Source: Thermoplasmata archaeon (GTDB lineage Archaea > Thermoplasmatota > Thermoplasmata > RBG-16-68-12 > JAGMCJ01). Taken from it: a stretch of 64,000 nt of DNA. Below the pieces are notes generated by a model. That model was given only the letters and a program-made list of their open reading frames with translations, made no database searches and had not been told where the DNA came from. The translations under genes were made by a program, and so were the position numbers. Where the stretch lies: contig JAGLRN010000025.1 in NCBI GenBank assembly GCA_023136265.1, positions 12,470 to 76,469 on the forward strand. Direction: 5' to 3'. Numbering within the stretch: the first letter of the stretch is position 1; each line of letters opens with the position of its first letter. Positions 16,443 through 26,726 of the stretch are shown here, piece after piece.

Positions 16443-16841
16443 ATGAAGGGGATAGCCGGAAGACAGACAAGAGGTCTTCCAAAAGGAGCGTATCTGAGTT
16501 GCATAGACAACACGGGAGCGAGGGTCGTCCAGATCGTGGATGTCCCCAAATACCACGGCACGTTGAGACGGTATCCGAGCGCAGGAATCGGCGATCTACT
16601 TGTTGTCAGCGTGAAGAAGGGGACGCCTGAGATGAGGAAACAGCTTGTGTATGCTGTCATAGTCAGACAGAAAAGGCCGTTCAGAAGGTCGGACGGAGTG
16701 ATGGTCCAGTTTGAGGACAATGCCGTGGTGATTACGACGCCCACGGGCGAGACGAAGGGCACGGACATCAAAGGTCCCGTTGCGAGGGAAGCCGCCGAGA
16801 GATGGCCTCGCATCGCCGCGACGGCGTCGATTATAGTATGA
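16443..16841 (+). CDS. rpl14: 50S ribosomal protein L14 (uL14)
   Basis: [35 protein letters not shown]. Confidence 0.97.
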   Translation: MKGIAGRQTRGLPKGAYLSCIDNTGARVVQIVDVPKYHGTLRRYPSAGIGDLLVVSVKKGTPEMRKQLVYAVIVRQKRPFRRSDGVMVQFEDNAVVITTPTGETKGTDIKGPVAREAAERWPRIAATASIIV

Positions 16842-16845
16842 GGGT

Positions 16846-17226
16846 GTGAAGATGAAAAGCGGGAAGGCGAGAAAGCAAAGAAAGGATCTGTACACAGCCT
16901 CCTGGCATAAGAGGAGGAAGAGGATGTCTGCGCACCTGTCCGAGAAGTATCTCGGAGACGAGAAGAAGGCCTACCCGCGCGCGGTACCCATCCGCAAAGG
17001 GGACACCGTGCGCATCACCCGTGGGGCCGACAAAGGTCACGAAGGCAAGGTTGCCACGACGGATACGAAGAGCATGACGATTACAATCGAGGGCCTGACG
17101 AGAAAGAAGGCGGACGGTACTCAGATCGGAAAGAAGATCCATCCGTCGAACTTGACAATAACGAAGCTGGATCTCTCCGACCCTATGAGGAGAGAGAAAT
17201 TCGAAGCGTTGGGAGATAGAGAATGA
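16846..17226 (+). CDS. rpl24: 50S ribosomal protein L24 (uL24)
   Basis: RKQRK, IRKGDTVRITRG (KOW), IHPSNL.ITKLDL. Confidence 0.96.
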   Translation: MKMKSGKARKQRKDLYTASWHKRRKRMSAHLSEKYLGDEKKAYPRAVPIRKGDTVRITRGADKGHEGKVATTDTKSMTITIEGLTRKKADGTQIGKKIHPSNLTITKLDLSDPMRREKFEALGDRE

Positions 17227-17933
17227 AGAAACATCTGAAGCGACTGGCATCACCAAGGAGCTGGATGATTCCGAGGAAGAAACACAAGTGGGTGACAAGA
17301 CCTAGACCAGGACCCCACGGCATGGAAGAGTCGATTCCCCTGCAACTCATCCTGAGGGACATGCTCCACTACTGTGACAGTTCCAGGGAAGCTAGAATAC
17401 TCCTTTCCTCGAGAGGCGTCCTGGTAGACGGGAAGCCCGTGAGGGATCTGAAGAGAGGCGTCGGTCTGATGGACGTTCTCTCGTTCGAGCAGAAGAAGGA
17501 GCACTTCAGGATGCTTATCGACACGAAAGGTAGGCTTCAACTAGTTGGAATAGACGCCAAGCAGGCAAAGTGGAAGCTCTCAAGAATCGAGGGGAAGACG
17601 ACTGTGAGAGGCGGAAGGATTCAGCTCAATCTGTACGACGGCAGGAACATCCTCCTCGACAAGAATGCATACAAGCCCGGGGACGTCTTGAAGATCAGCG
17701 TTCCTGACCAAAAGATAAAGGATCACTACGAGTTGACGAAGGGAAACATCGCCCTCCTTGTCGGTGGAAAGCACGTTGGAGAGTTCGCCAAGCTTGAGGA
17801 GTATGGAAAAACCAGAAACCCGAGGGAGAACGAGGTCATGTTCGAGGAGGGCTTCAGCACATCCCTCAGGAATGTCTTCGTCGTAGGGAAGAAGGCCCCT
17901 GAAATCAAGATACCAGAAACAAAGGTCGTCTAG
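17223..17933 (+). CDS. rps4e: 30S ribosomal protein S4e (eS4)
   Basis: HLKRLASP.SW, PGPH, VGLMDV, GGKHVG. Confidence 0.97.
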   Translation: MKKHLKRLASPRSWMIPRKKHKWVTRPRPGPHGMEESIPLQLILRDMLHYCDSSREARILLSSRGVLVDGKPVRDLKRGVGLMDVLSFEQKKEHFRMLIDTKGRLQLVGIDAKQAKWKLSRIEGKTTVRGGRIQLNLYDGRNILLDKNAYKPGDVLKISVPDQKIKDHYELTKGNIALLVGGKHVGEFAKLEEYGKTRNPRENEVMFEEGFSTSLRNVFVVGKKAPEIKIPETKVV

Positions 17934-17941
17934 GCGAAGGT

Positions 17942-18451
17942 GTGAGTGACGTGAGAGACTTGAGAATCGAGAAAACCGTGGTCAACATCGGCGTGGGCGA
18001 GGCAGGAGAGAGACTCCTCAAGGCTCAGAAGGTCCTGGAGATGCTGACAGGCCAGAAGCCAGTGGAGACCATTTCGAAGACGACGAACAAGGATCTTGGC
18101 ATAAGAGAGGGCATGCCGATAGGGTGCAAAGTGACGTTGAGAGGCGAGAGGGCTGAGGATTTCCTCAAGCGGGCCCTTTGGGTGAAGAACAACAAACTCG
18201 CAAAGTACAACTTCGACCCTGAGGGGAACTTCTCGTTTGGCGTTCCTGACTACACGGAGTTCGAGGGGATGAAGTACAATCCCGAGATCGGAATCTTCGG
18301 GATGGACGTCTCCGTGAGTCTCAAGCGGCCTGGTTACAGGGTGACCAAGAGAAGGAGAAGAGCGTCAAAGCTCCCAGTCAGGCACAGAGTGACCCGTGAA
18401 GAAGGGGTTCAATTCATACAGGACACGTTTGACATTGAGGTAGTCGGATGA
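17942..18451 (+). CDS. rpl5: 50S ribosomal protein L5 (uL5)
   Basis: [38 protein letters not shown]. Confidence 0.97.
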   Translation: MSDVRDLRIEKTVVNIGVGEAGERLLKAQKVLEMLTGQKPVETISKTTNKDLGIREGMPIGCKVTLRGERAEDFLKRALWVKNNKLAKYNFDPEGNFSFGVPDYTEFEGMKYNPEIGIFGMDVSVSLKRPGYRVTKRRRRASKLPVRHRVTREEGVQFIQDTFDIEVVG

Positions 18452-18594
18452 AACCGAAGAAGGAGTTCGGAAGAAAGAGAGGCTGCAAGCGATGCGGGCG
18501 CAAGCGAGGCATAATCAGAAGGAGCAGAATCTATCTCTGCCGCCAATGCTTTCGCGAAGTTGCCTTCGAGCTCGGCTTCCGGAAGTACTCATAG
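18448..18594 (+). CDS. rps14: 30S ribosomal protein S14 (uS14, zinc-binding type), absent from the ORF track
   Basis: Translated by hand: [48 protein letters not shown] (48 aa), located between rpl5 and rps8. Confidence 0.96.
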   Translation: MKPKKEFGRKRGCKRCGRKRGIIRRSRIYLCRQCFREVAFELGFRKYS

Positions 18595-18993
18595 GTGATA
18601 AGCGTGCAACATGACCCATTGAACGATGCCATGATTCGCATAAAGAATGCGGAACTCTCTGGGAAGAGGAAGTGCATGATCAGGCCATCCTCCAAACTCA
18701 TCGCCAGGGTACTCAAGGTGATGCAGGAGAATAGGTTCATCAGGAAGTTCGAATATGTAGAGGATGGTAAATCTGGGATATTCGAAGTGGAACTCAACGG
18801 AAACATAAACAACTGCGGTGTCATAAAGCCCCGCTTCTCCGTGAGGAGGGTGAACCTTGAGAAGTACGAATCGAGGTTTCTGCCCGCCCAAGACTTCGGT
18901 GTCCTCATCTTGACGACGACGGAAGGTGTACTATCTCACTCGAGAGCGAAGGAGCTGGGTGTCGGCGGAAAGCTGCTTGCGTTTGTGTATTAG
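18595..18993 (+). CDS. rps8: 30S ribosomal protein S8 (uS8)
   Basis: DPLNDA..IKNAE, INNCGVIKPRF, LPAQDFG, GGKLLAFVY. Confidence 0.97.
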   Translation: MISVQHDPLNDAMIRIKNAELSGKRKCMIRPSSKLIARVLKVMQENRFIRKFEYVEDGKSGIFEVELNGNINNCGVIKPRFSVRRVNLEKYESRFLPAQDFGVLILTTTEGVLSHSRAKELGVGGKLLAFVY

Positions 18994-19002
18994 GGGATAT
19001 CA

Positions 19003-19563
19003 ATGCCAGTATCAGGAAAGGTTGAGGAAAGAATCGGAATCCCCGACGGTGTCGATGTAACGGTCGAAGAGGATGACGTCACTGTCTCCAGCCAAGGCTC
19101 CACCGTCGAGAGACGTTTCGCCCATCCCTTAGTCTCGGTTGTCAAGGATGGAGATGAAATCGTGGTGTTATGCGGGTACCCGAAGAAAAAGGAAGCGGCT
19201 TTGGTGGGGACGTTTGCATCTCATATAAGAAACATGATACTGGGCATGGCGAAGGGATTCGAGTGCACAATGAGAATCGTCTACTCTCACTTCCCAATGA
19301 AGGTCTCCGTAAATGAGGAGCGGAAGATCGTGCTGATTGAGAACTTCCTGGGAGAAAGGCATCACAGGACGGCCAGGATAATGGGCGAGACCGAGGTTTC
19401 GATTAAGGGGGACACAGTGATACTGAAGGGGAACAACAAAGAGGACGTGGGTCAGTCGGCCGCGAATATCGAGCAGGCGACGAAGATTAGAGGATTCGAT
19501 CCTCGAGTCTTTCAGGACGGTGTCTACGTGACAGAGAAACCCAGGGTGCAGGAGAATGAGTGA
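19003..19563 (+). CDS. rpl6: 50S ribosomal protein L6 (uL6)
   Basis: YSHFPM, NFLGER, VGQSAANIEQ, DPRVFQDGVY. Confidence 0.97.
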   Translation: MPVSGKVEERIGIPDGVDVTVEEDDVTVSSQGSTVERRFAHPLVSVVKDGDEIVVLCGYPKKKEAALVGTFASHIRNMILGMAKGFECTMRIVYSHFPMKVSVNEERKIVLIENFLGERHHRTARIMGETEVSIKGDTVILKGNNKEDVGQSAANIEQATKIRGFDPRVFQDGVYVTEKPRVQENE

Positions 19564-20215
19564 GAAGAGGGCTAAGAAGGTCGAGAGAAAGGCAGAACTG
19601 CCAACGCTGACAGAGATAGGTAAGGCCAGAAAGGCTGAGCTCATCGAGATGTGCGAGTCTCAGGGCCTCGATACGGAAGGGACAGTCGCTGAACTCAGGA
19701 AGAGACTGAGGAGCCGTCTGAAAGAGGAAGAAGAGGAAATCGAAATCGTAGAGGAAGAGGCGGTACGACCAAAGATAAAACCCGTTCTGGATGACGAGAC
19801 AAAGATGCTTCTCAAGCTCAGGGAAAGACAGAAGCGGAAGAGACCCGCGTTCAGGAGACAGGAGTGGTTTAGATACAAGAAGTTGGGCAAGAGCTGGAGG
19901 AAACCACGCGGCCTTCATTCAAAGATGAGAAAGGGGTTGAAGTACAGACCCAAGATGGTGTCGGTCGGATATCGATCACCGCGAAAGGTCAGAGGACTCC
20001 ATCCTTCAGGCTTTAGGGATGCCCTCATCCACAATGTGAAAGAACTAGAAGTGCTTGACCCGAAGACCCAAGCGGCCCGCATCGGGCACTCAGTAGGGAC
20101 TAGGAAGCGTGTTGAGATTGAGGCAAGAGCGGACGAGATTGGAATCCGCATACTGAACAGGAGCATGGTTCATGAACCTGAAGAATCAGAGGAGAATGGC
20201 AGCCAGTCTTCTTAA
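19556..20215 (+). CDS. rpl32e: 50S ribosomal protein L32e (eL32) with N-terminal SAP-like motif
   Basis: PAFRRQEW, WRKPRG.HSKMR, VRGLHPSG. The N-terminal KAELIEMCESQGLDTEGTVAELRKRL segment is SAP-like. Confidence 0.95.
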   Translation: MSEKRAKKVERKAELPTLTEIGKARKAELIEMCESQGLDTEGTVAELRKRLRSRLKEEEEEIEIVEEEAVRPKIKPVLDDETKMLLKLRERQKRKRPAFRRQEWFRYKKLGKSWRKPRGLHSKMRKGLKYRPKMVSVGYRSPRKVRGLHPSGFRDALIHNVKELEVLDPKTQAARIGHSVGTRKRVEIEARADEIGIRILNRSMVHEPEESEENGSQSS

Positions 20216-20627
20216 GTGCGGGGTCAATAGAGTGTGGATCGACCCGCTCCGAATGGAAGATGTAGCCGATGCCATAACAAGGACAGACATCCGAATCCAG
20301 ATTGATGCAGGAGCGATAAAGGCAAAGCAGAAGAGAGGAATCTCAAGAGGCAGGACAAGATACTACAGGGACCAGAGAAAGAAGGGCAGAGGCAGAGGCC
20401 AAGGAAGCCGGAAGGGCACCAGCAAGGCCAGGAAGCCGAAGAAGGAGAGGTGGATTCAGACGATCCGACCGATAAGAGAGAGACTGCGTGAGCTCCGAGA
20501 CGAGGGGAAGATAGAGGTATCGACGTACAGGAAATTCTATCTCCAGGCGAAGGGCGGGGTCTTCAAGAGCAAATCACATCTCGAGACCCACCTCAGGTCA
20601 GGCGGATATCTTAAGGAGGATGAGTGA
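20172..20627 (+). CDS. rpl19e: 50S ribosomal protein L19e (eL19)
   Basis: QRRMAASLLKCG.NRVWIDP, GRGQGSRKG, YRKFY..AKGG.F. Confidence 0.97.
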   Translation: MNLKNQRRMAASLLKCGVNRVWIDPLRMEDVADAITRTDIRIQIDAGAIKAKQKRGISRGRTRYYRDQRKKGRGRGQGSRKGTSKARKPKKERWIQTIRPIRERLRELRDEGKIEVSTYRKFYLQAKGGVFKSKSHLETHLRSGGYLKEDE

Positions 20628-21130
20628 TGGTCAGGGGTCCGAGAAAGAGGGTGGCCTTCCGGAGGAGACGCAATGGAAGGACGGACTACAGGCTCAGGTC
20701 GAGATTGCTGAGGTCCGGTCTACCCAGAGCTGTCGTCAGAGCCTCCAACAGGAGCACGGTGGTCCAAATCATGAGTTTCGATCCGCGTGGTGACAGAGTG
20801 CTCAGCTCGGCGGTCTCGACCGAGCTCAGGAAGCTAGGTTGGGAGAAATCGACATCCAACATCCCGGCAGCCTATCTCACGGGATATCTGGCAGGGAAAA
20901 GGGCGCTTGAGAGTGGCATTGAGGAGGCGGTGCTCGATATGGGCTTGCACGTGCCTACGAAAGGATCCAGGATTTTCGCTTCTCTGAAGGGTATGTTGGA
21001 CGCCGGCCTCCGGATACCCTGCGGCGAGGAGATACTTCCAAGTGATGAGAGGACAAGGGGAGAACACATCGGTGAGGACACTGTCAAAGCGTTTGAGGCG
21101 GTGAAGTCCAAGATGGAGGATGACAAATGA
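20624..21130 (+). CDS. rpl18: 50S ribosomal protein L18 (uL18)
   Basis: [29 protein letters not shown]. Confidence 0.97.
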   Translation: MMVRGPRKRVAFRRRRNGRTDYRLRSRLLRSGLPRAVVRASNRSTVVQIMSFDPRGDRVLSSAVSTELRKLGWEKSTSNIPAAYLTGYLAGKRALESGIEEAVLDMGLHVPTKGSRIFASLKGMLDAGLRIPCGEEILPSDERTRGEHIGEDTVKAFEAVKSKMEDDK

Positions 21131-21900
21131 GACGTGACAGGCCAGACTGGCAACCCAAGACAAGACTCGGGAAGATGGTTCTCCGCGGGGAGATATCGAA
21201 TATGCGGGAAGCACTGGATACAGGCTTTCCGCTCAAGGAGCCGGAGATAGTGGACATACTGCTCCCTAATCTCGGAGATGAGGTTCTTGATGTTAACATG
21301 GTCCAGAGGATGACAGATAGTGGACGGAGAGTCAACTTCGTCATCGTGGCCGTCGTCGGCAATGAAGACGGTTACGTCGGGCTCGGAAGGACCAAGGGGA
21401 AAGAGGTCGGCCCGGCAATAAGAAAGACGATAGATGCTGCGAAGCTCAACGTCGTCGAAGTGAAGAGGGGTTGCGGATCATGGGAATGCGGGTGTGGAAG
21501 AGCCCACTCCCTTCCGTTCCAGGTCAAGGGCAAGAGCGGGTCGGTCGAGGTCGTTCTGAAACCCGCACCGAGGGGCATCTCCCTCGCCGTGGGAGGTGTC
21601 GCAAAAAGCATACTCAGGCTGGCCGGCATAAGGGACGCCTGGGGATTCACCAAGGGACACTCAAGGACGACGGTGAACTACGCTTTCGCCGCGTTTGATG
21701 CACTGAAGCAGACGGGTGCCATGAAGATGTCCCAAGAGCAGTCCAAGAAGCTCTGCATAGTCTCTGGGCCAATTGAGATTCGGGCAGAAGATGACACGCT
21801 GGAACCACCCGTGGTGACCGAGGACGAACCGAAGGAAAAGGAGAAAACCTCGGAGGCACAGGGAAAGGAAGGAGAGAAAGCAAAGGAGAAGTCTGAATGA
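21127..21900 (+). CDS. rps5: 30S ribosomal protein S5 (uS5)
   Basis: [32 protein letters not shown]. Confidence 0.97.
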   Translation: MRRDRPDWQPKTRLGKMVLRGEISNMREALDTGFPLKEPEIVDILLPNLGDEVLDVNMVQRMTDSGRRVNFVIVAVVGNEDGYVGLGRTKGKEVGPAIRKTIDAAKLNVVEVKRGCGSWECGCGRAHSLPFQVKGKSGSVEVVLKPAPRGISLAVGGVAKSILRLAGIRDAWGFTKGHSRTTVNYAFAAFDALKQTGAMKMSQEQSKKLCIVSGPIEIRAEDDTLEPPVVTEDEPKEKEKTSEAQGKEGEKAKEKSE

Positions 21901-22373
21901 CATATGCGGTCATCAGGGTCAGGGGCACTATAGAAATCTCGAAGGACATCGCCGACACGATGAAATTCCTCAGGCTGAACAAGCCGAACCACTGTGTCGT
22001 TATCCCAGAGAATCCCCAATACAAGGGGATGCTTCAGAAGGCGAAGGACTACATCACATGGGGCGAGATTCAGCCAGAAACACTGGCTAGAATGCTTGTC
22101 ACGAGAGGCGCGGTCGCTGGCCAGAAGGTAACTGACTCATACGTCAAGAAGAACTCCAAGTACAAATCAGTAATCGCGTTTGCGAAGGCTGTCGCAAAAG
22201 GAGATGAGGCCATGGGTTCGCTGAGCGGGCTCAGTCCCGTCATGCGACTCCATCCGCCGCTGAAGGGTTTCGAGGGCATCAAGAAGCCATATACGCTTGG
22301 GGGCTCTCTCGGATACCGAGGGGAAAAGATAAATGACCTGTTGACCAGAATGCTGTTCGTTCACGAGGACTAG
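21897..22373 (+). CDS. rpl30: 50S ribosomal protein L30 (uL30, archaeal long form)
   Basis: [38 protein letters not shown]. Confidence 0.96.
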   Translation: MTYAVIRVRGTIEISKDIADTMKFLRLNKPNHCVVIPENPQYKGMLQKAKDYITWGEIQPETLARMLVTRGAVAGQKVTDSYVKKNSKYKSVIAFAKAVAKGDEAMGSLSGLSPVMRLHPPLKGFEGIKKPYTLGGSLGYRGEKINDLLTRMLFVHED

Positions 22374-22375
22374 GA

Positions 22376-22825
22376 ATGGGAAGAACATCAAAGCTCAGAG
22401 GGAAGAGGACTCACGGAAGAGGCAAGAAGGCCGGTAGGGGCGCAGGCAAGCGAGGGGGCAGAGGTAACGCTGGCCTTCACAAGCACAAGTACATGACTAC
22501 AGTCAAGATGAAGGACCCCCACTTCGGTGACTACGGCTTCAGGAGACATTTCAGTCTCCTGGTGAAGAAGAACACAATCAATCTCGCAGAAGTCGAGGAG
22601 AGGCTCGACGAGATCATACTGGAAGGGTTCGCAGAAAAGTCCAAGAACCTCGTCACTGTGGACCTGGGAAAGATGGGGGTAGACAAGCTGCTTGGGCGAG
22701 GGCATGTCAGGATGAAGATGAAGATAGTCGTTAACGAAGCGTCTGAATCTGCCATCCGAAAAGTCCAGAAGGCGGGAGGAGAAGTAGTCATACCAGAAAC
22801 GGAGGAATCGGAGAGGAACGACTGA
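22376..22825 (+). CDS. rpl15: 50S ribosomal protein L15 (uL15)
   Basis: RGKRTHGRG, RGGRGNAG..KHK, KLLGRG, KAGGEV. Confidence 0.96.
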   Translation: MGRTSKLRGKRTHGRGKKAGRGAGKRGGRGNAGLHKHKYMTTVKMKDPHFGDYGFRRHFSLLVKKNTINLAEVEERLDEIILEGFAEKSKNLVTVDLGKMGVDKLLGRGHVRMKMKIVVNEASESAIRKVQKAGGEVVIPETEESERND

Positions 22826-24396
22826 TGGTCGAAGAGGGAAAGAGCAAGTTGTACGCCCTGAAACCCATCACGGACAGGCTCCCCGCGGTTGCGAAGCCTG
22901 TTGGACACGTCCACTTCAGGACCAAGATGCTCTGGGTCGTTCTCATCCTCGTTCTGTACTTCGCCCTGACCAACGTATTCATCTACGGCCTTGACCCCCA
23001 AGAAACCATAGACGTATTCGCGAGTCTCAGAGCCATCCTCGCTGGGGCACAGGGCTCGCTGATGCATCTGGGCATAGGTCCAATCGTGACCGGGTCCATC
23101 ATAATGCAGCTCTTCGCGGGATCGAAGATCATCAAGCTTGACCTGACCAACGACGAAGACAAGTCCGTGTACCAGGGCACACAGAAGCTCCTCGTCATCA
23201 TCATGATAGTCGTGGAAGCCATACCGCAGGTCTTCGGCTTCCTTCACCCTTCGGGGGACTTCGTTTCGAGAATGGAGGGGTTCGCCCCAGGACAGGGAAT
23301 GCTAATGGCGAACTCTCTGATAGTGGGCCAGCTGGTCATCGGCAGCTATCTGGTCTTCCTGATGGACGAGGTCGTCTCGAAATGGGGCATAGGAAGCGGC
23401 GTCAGCCTGTTCATTGCTGGCGGAGTCTCTCAGCAGATCTTCGTCGGTACGTTCAACTGGATCCCCACTGAGGCCGGTGGAGTACCCCCGGGTACCATAC
23501 CAAAGACAATGTGGTACCTGAACAACATGAGCGTTTCTGGTGTTTCCCAGGGAGGTTTTGAGCAAATCCTTCTCCAGGATCCAAATCCTGTGATTGCCTT
23601 GGTCGGGACTATGGTTATCTTCCTCATCGTGGCATATGCGGAGTCCATGAGAATCGAGCTTCCCTTGGCGCACGGCGCTGCCCGTGGTGCTAGGGGGAGG
23701 TATCCGATACGTCTCATCTACGCATCCAACATACCGGTCATACTGATGGCAGCCGTGCTGGCAAACGTGAGCATGTTTTCCCTCCTCTTCTGGAACAACC
23801 CGGACTGGCCCTTGGTCGGACAGAATTGGATGATTGGTTCATACCCAACGTCGGCAGCGGACGCGGAAGCTTTAGGTATCTCGCGTACGACGCCCATGAC
23901 GGGAGTAGCCTACTACCTCTCGACCGTGATGGGTGTGAGTGATTGGCTCCTCCCGCTTTTAGGTCCAGACAGGTACGAGCACCTCCTTAGAGGCCACACG
24001 TACCTGCAAGTGATCGCTCACCTTCTAATCTACGTGACGGTGATGATCGTAGGCTCGATAATCTTCGCCAAGTTTTGGATCGAGACTACGAACATGGGAC
24101 CGGAGGCGGTCGCCAAGCAAATCGAGGGTAGCGGAATGCAGATTCCAGGGTTCAGGCGGGACCCGCGGGTTCTCAGGAGAGTGCTGGAGAGGTATATCCC
24201 TGTGGTGACTGTCATTAGCGGAGCGGCTGTCGGCTCCTTGGCCGCGGGTGCAGACCTGCTGGGGACGGTCGGAAATGCCAGCGGAACGGGGGTCCTGCTA
24301 GCTGTGGGCATATTAATCCAGTTCTACGAGGCGATGGGCAGAGAACAGATGATGGAGATGCACCCGGTCTTAAGAGGGTTCTTCGGCTCGGAATGA
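22825..24396 (+). CDS. secY: Preprotein translocase subunit SecY (Sec61alpha)
   Basis: LGIGPIVT, SKWGIGSGVSLFI, YPIRLIYASNIP, QIPGFRRD, GTGVLLAVGI, and many TM segments. Confidence 0.98.
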   Translation: MVEEGKSKLYALKPITDRLPAVAKPVGHVHFRTKMLWVVLILVLYFALTNVFIYGLDPQETIDVFASLRAILAGAQGSLMHLGIGPIVTGSIIMQLFAGSKIIKLDLTNDEDKSVYQGTQKLLVIIMIVVEAIPQVFGFLHPSGDFVSRMEGFAPGQGMLMANSLIVGQLVIGSYLVFLMDEVVSKWGIGSGVSLFIAGGVSQQIFVGTFNWIPTEAGGVPPGTIPKTMWYLNNMSVSGVSQGGFEQILLQDPNPVIALVGTMVIFLIVAYAESMRIELPLAHGAARGARGRYPIRLIYASNIPVILMAAVLANVSMFSLLFWNNPDWPLVGQNWMIGSYPTSAADAEALGISRTTPMTGVAYYLSTVMGVSDWLLPLLGPDRYEHLLRGHTYLQVIAHLLIYVTVMIVGSIIFAKFWIETTNMGPEAVAKQIEGSGMQIPGFRRDPRVLRRVLERYIPVVTVISGAAVGSLAAGADLLGTVGNASGTGVLLAVGILIQFYEAMGREQMMEMHPVLRGFFGSE

Positions 24397-24398
24397 TC

Positions 24399-25316
24399 TC
24401 ATCTGAGTAGAGCGAGGAGCAATGCCTTCTGCGCGTGGAGGCGGTTCTCGGCCTGGTCGAACACGATTGATTGGGGGCCATCGATCACTTCACCGGTTAT
24501 CTCCTGTCCGCGGTGCGCGGGAAGGCAGTGCATTATGAGGCAGTCGGGTGAGGCCAGCGCAACCAACTCCGAGTTCACTTGGTAGTCGCTGAGGGCCTCG
24601 AGCCTCTTCTTGACCTCCCCCTCGTCGCCCATTGAGACCCATACATCCGTATAAATCACGTCGGACTCGTGGACTGCTTCCTTCGGGTCCCTCAGAATAT
24701 CGCACGTGGACCCTGCTCGCGAAGCCAGCCTTTTAGAATCTTCGACGATGCCCTGATCCGGCTCGTATCCCTCAGGACAGGCAACCGAGATATCGATGCC
24801 GATGAGTGAGCACGCGAGTAGAAGAGAGTTGCATACGTTGTTTCCATCACCGACATAGGTCAGCTTCAGTCCCCTGGGTGTCCTCCTCTCAGTGATCGTC
24901 ACGATATCCGCCAGGGCCTGGCAAGGGTGCTCCAGATCGTCGAGTGCATTGATCACCGGGATGGATGAATTGCTCGCCAGATCGAGAACCATCTCGTGGT
25001 CAGAGGCCCTGTAGGCGATGCAATCAACGTACCTGCTCAGTGTTCTCGCCGTGTCTGGAATCGTCTCCCCCCTCCCAAGCTGCATATCCTGCGGATTGAG
25101 GAACAGCGATTTCCCGCCCAGCTGGTTCATTGCGACCTCAAAAGAGACGCGTGTCCGGGTGCTGCTTTTCTCGAATATCAGTGCTAGCGTCTTACCTTTC
25201 AGAACCTCGTCAGTCTCACCTGACCGGCATCCCTTCTTCAGGTCGAGCGCCGACTGAACCAGTTCTGCGAACTCGTCCTCCGCGTCGAGCACCGAGACGT
25301 AATCCTTTTGCATCAT
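24399..25316 (-). CDS. argF: Ornithine carbamoyltransferase
   Basis: SSTRTRVSFE, HPCQALAD, GDGNNV, DVWVSMG, HCLP, FDQAENR. Confidence 0.97.
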   Translation of the reverse strand: MMQKDYVSVLDAEDEFAELVQSALDLKKGCRSGETDEVLKGKTLALIFEKSSTRTRVSFEVAMNQLGGKSLFLNPQDMQLGRGETIPDTARTLSRYVDCIAYRASDHEMVLDLASNSSIPVINALDDLEHPCQALADIVTITERRTPRGLKLTYVGDGNNVCNSLLLACSLIGIDISVACPEGYEPDQGIVEDSKRLASRAGSTCDILRDPKEAVHESDVIYTDVWVSMGDEGEVKKRLEALSDYQVNSELVALASPDCLIMHCLPAHRGQEITGEVIDGPQSIVFDQAENRLHAQKALLLALLR

Positions 25317-25409
25317 CGGGTCCTAGATGTCACAGGCTAACAATAAGTTTTCGACACGACAGAGAATATCGGCATTGATAACACAATACAAATCCTTATA
25401 TGATTTCAA

Positions 25410-26003
25410 GTGTTCGGAAAGACCCGAGGAATGAGCATTGGGGGAATCCCTTTGAAAAAGAAGATGAAGATGAAGATATGCATGGTCGGCGAAGGTGCAG
25501 TTGGAAAGACCAGCCTGATTCGAAGGTTCGTTCTCGATGAGTTCGACGACAAGTATCTCCAGACCCTGGGGACCAAGGTCTCCAAGAAGGAAATCGTTGT
25601 GGACGTCAAGGAAAAGGATGTGGAGCTTCAGATCGACATGACGATATGGGACATAATGGGTCAGAAAGGATTCCGAGAACTCCTGAAGGAAGCGTATTTC
25701 TACGGAGCCAAAGGCGTAATCGCGGTCTGTGATATGACCCGTAAGGACACGCTTTCCGAGCTGGACGACTGGATCGAGGGAGTCTACAGCGTGACCGGGA
25801 GGGTTCCGATAGAGTTCCTCGCGAACAAGGTTGATCTGAAAGATGATGTGGCCATCGACGAGAATGACCTAGAACAGGCAAGCCGGGCCTACGACTCAAG
25901 GTTCTTCTACACGAGCGCCAAGACCGGTGAGAACGTAGAGGACGCGTTCAAGGAGCTGGCCGAAAAGATATCCCGCACGAAGCTGGGAGAGCTCGAGGAC
26001 TAG
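25410..26003 (+). CDS. Rab-like small GTPase 1 (true start may be up to about 55 nt downstream)
   Basis: G1 GEGAVGKTS, G2 T, G3 WDIMGQ, G4 NKVD, G5 SAKTG. Confidence 0.93.
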   Translation: MFGKTRGMSIGGIPLKKKMKMKICMVGEGAVGKTSLIRRFVLDEFDDKYLQTLGTKVSKKEIVVDVKEKDVELQIDMTIWDIMGQKGFRELLKEAYFYGAKGVIAVCDMTRKDTLSELDDWIEGVYSVTGRVPIEFLANKVDLKDDVAIDENDLEQASRAYDSRFFYTSAKTGENVEDAFKELAEKISRTKLGELED

Positions 26004-26084
26004 TATCAACGCTGATAATCTCGTAGAAACCTATATCTGAGAACTTCCGTCTTTTTCAACCGCATCCATAGGGGATGGTGACAG

Positions 26085-26633
26085 ATGTTCGAAAGTAGCG
26101 ACACCATGAAAATGAAGATATGCTTGGTGGGCGAGGGAGCGGTCGGCAAGACGAGCCTCATCAGGAAATATGTGCTCGATGAGTTTGATGACAGGTACAT
26201 ATCCACTCTGGGAGCGAAGATCACGAAGAAGGAACTGATGTTTGAATACCCAGACAATGGCGGCGAGCTTCGAATTGACATGACGATATGGGACATCATG
26301 GGAGAGAAGGGCTTCCGCGAACTGCTCAAAGAAGCGTATTTCCACGGTGCACAGGGGGTCCTCGCGGTCTGCGATGTTACAAGGAAGAACACTCTACCTG
26401 AACTAGAAAGCTGGATAGCCGCTATCGAGACTGTCACCGGAAAGATACCTATCCGGTTCCTGGCCAACAAGGCGGACCTAAAGGACCAACTCACATTCAC
26501 TGAGAGTGAATTACGCGAAATGAGTGCCAAGTATCAGTCTGCCTACCTTTTCACAAGCGCCAAGACGGGCGACAATGTGGACAAGGCCTTCATCGAGATT
26601 GCCGACGCAATCGCGAAGAGAAAGGTCGCCTAG
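26085..26633 (+). CDS. Rab-like small GTPase 2
   Basis: GEGAVGKTS, WDIMGE, NKAD, SAKTG. Confidence 0.93.
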   Translation: MFESSDTMKMKICLVGEGAVGKTSLIRKYVLDEFDDRYISTLGAKITKKELMFEYPDNGGELRIDMTIWDIMGEKGFRELLKEAYFHGAQGVLAVCDVTRKNTLPELESWIAAIETVTGKIPIRFLANKADLKDQLTFTESELREMSAKYQSAYLFTSAKTGDNVDKAFIEIADAIAKRKVA

Positions 26634-26726
26634 TCTGAGAATACAGACTGATAATCAACATTGATAGCCGTACAAGAAGTGCTATTTATCGTGCGGATTA
26701 TTCGTAGAGGCGAAGGAGGCACCAAA

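Noticed and set aside
14887-16813. Long minus-strand ORFs (418 aa, 329 aa) across the ribosomal operon, and similar ones opposite ileS, leuS and trpS
   Set aside because: These are antisense shadows of well-supported genes, as expected in GC-rich coding DNA.
24396-24399. Superoperon ends at secY with no adk/cmk downstream
   Set aside because: Breakage of the operon after secY is common in archaea and is not informative alone.
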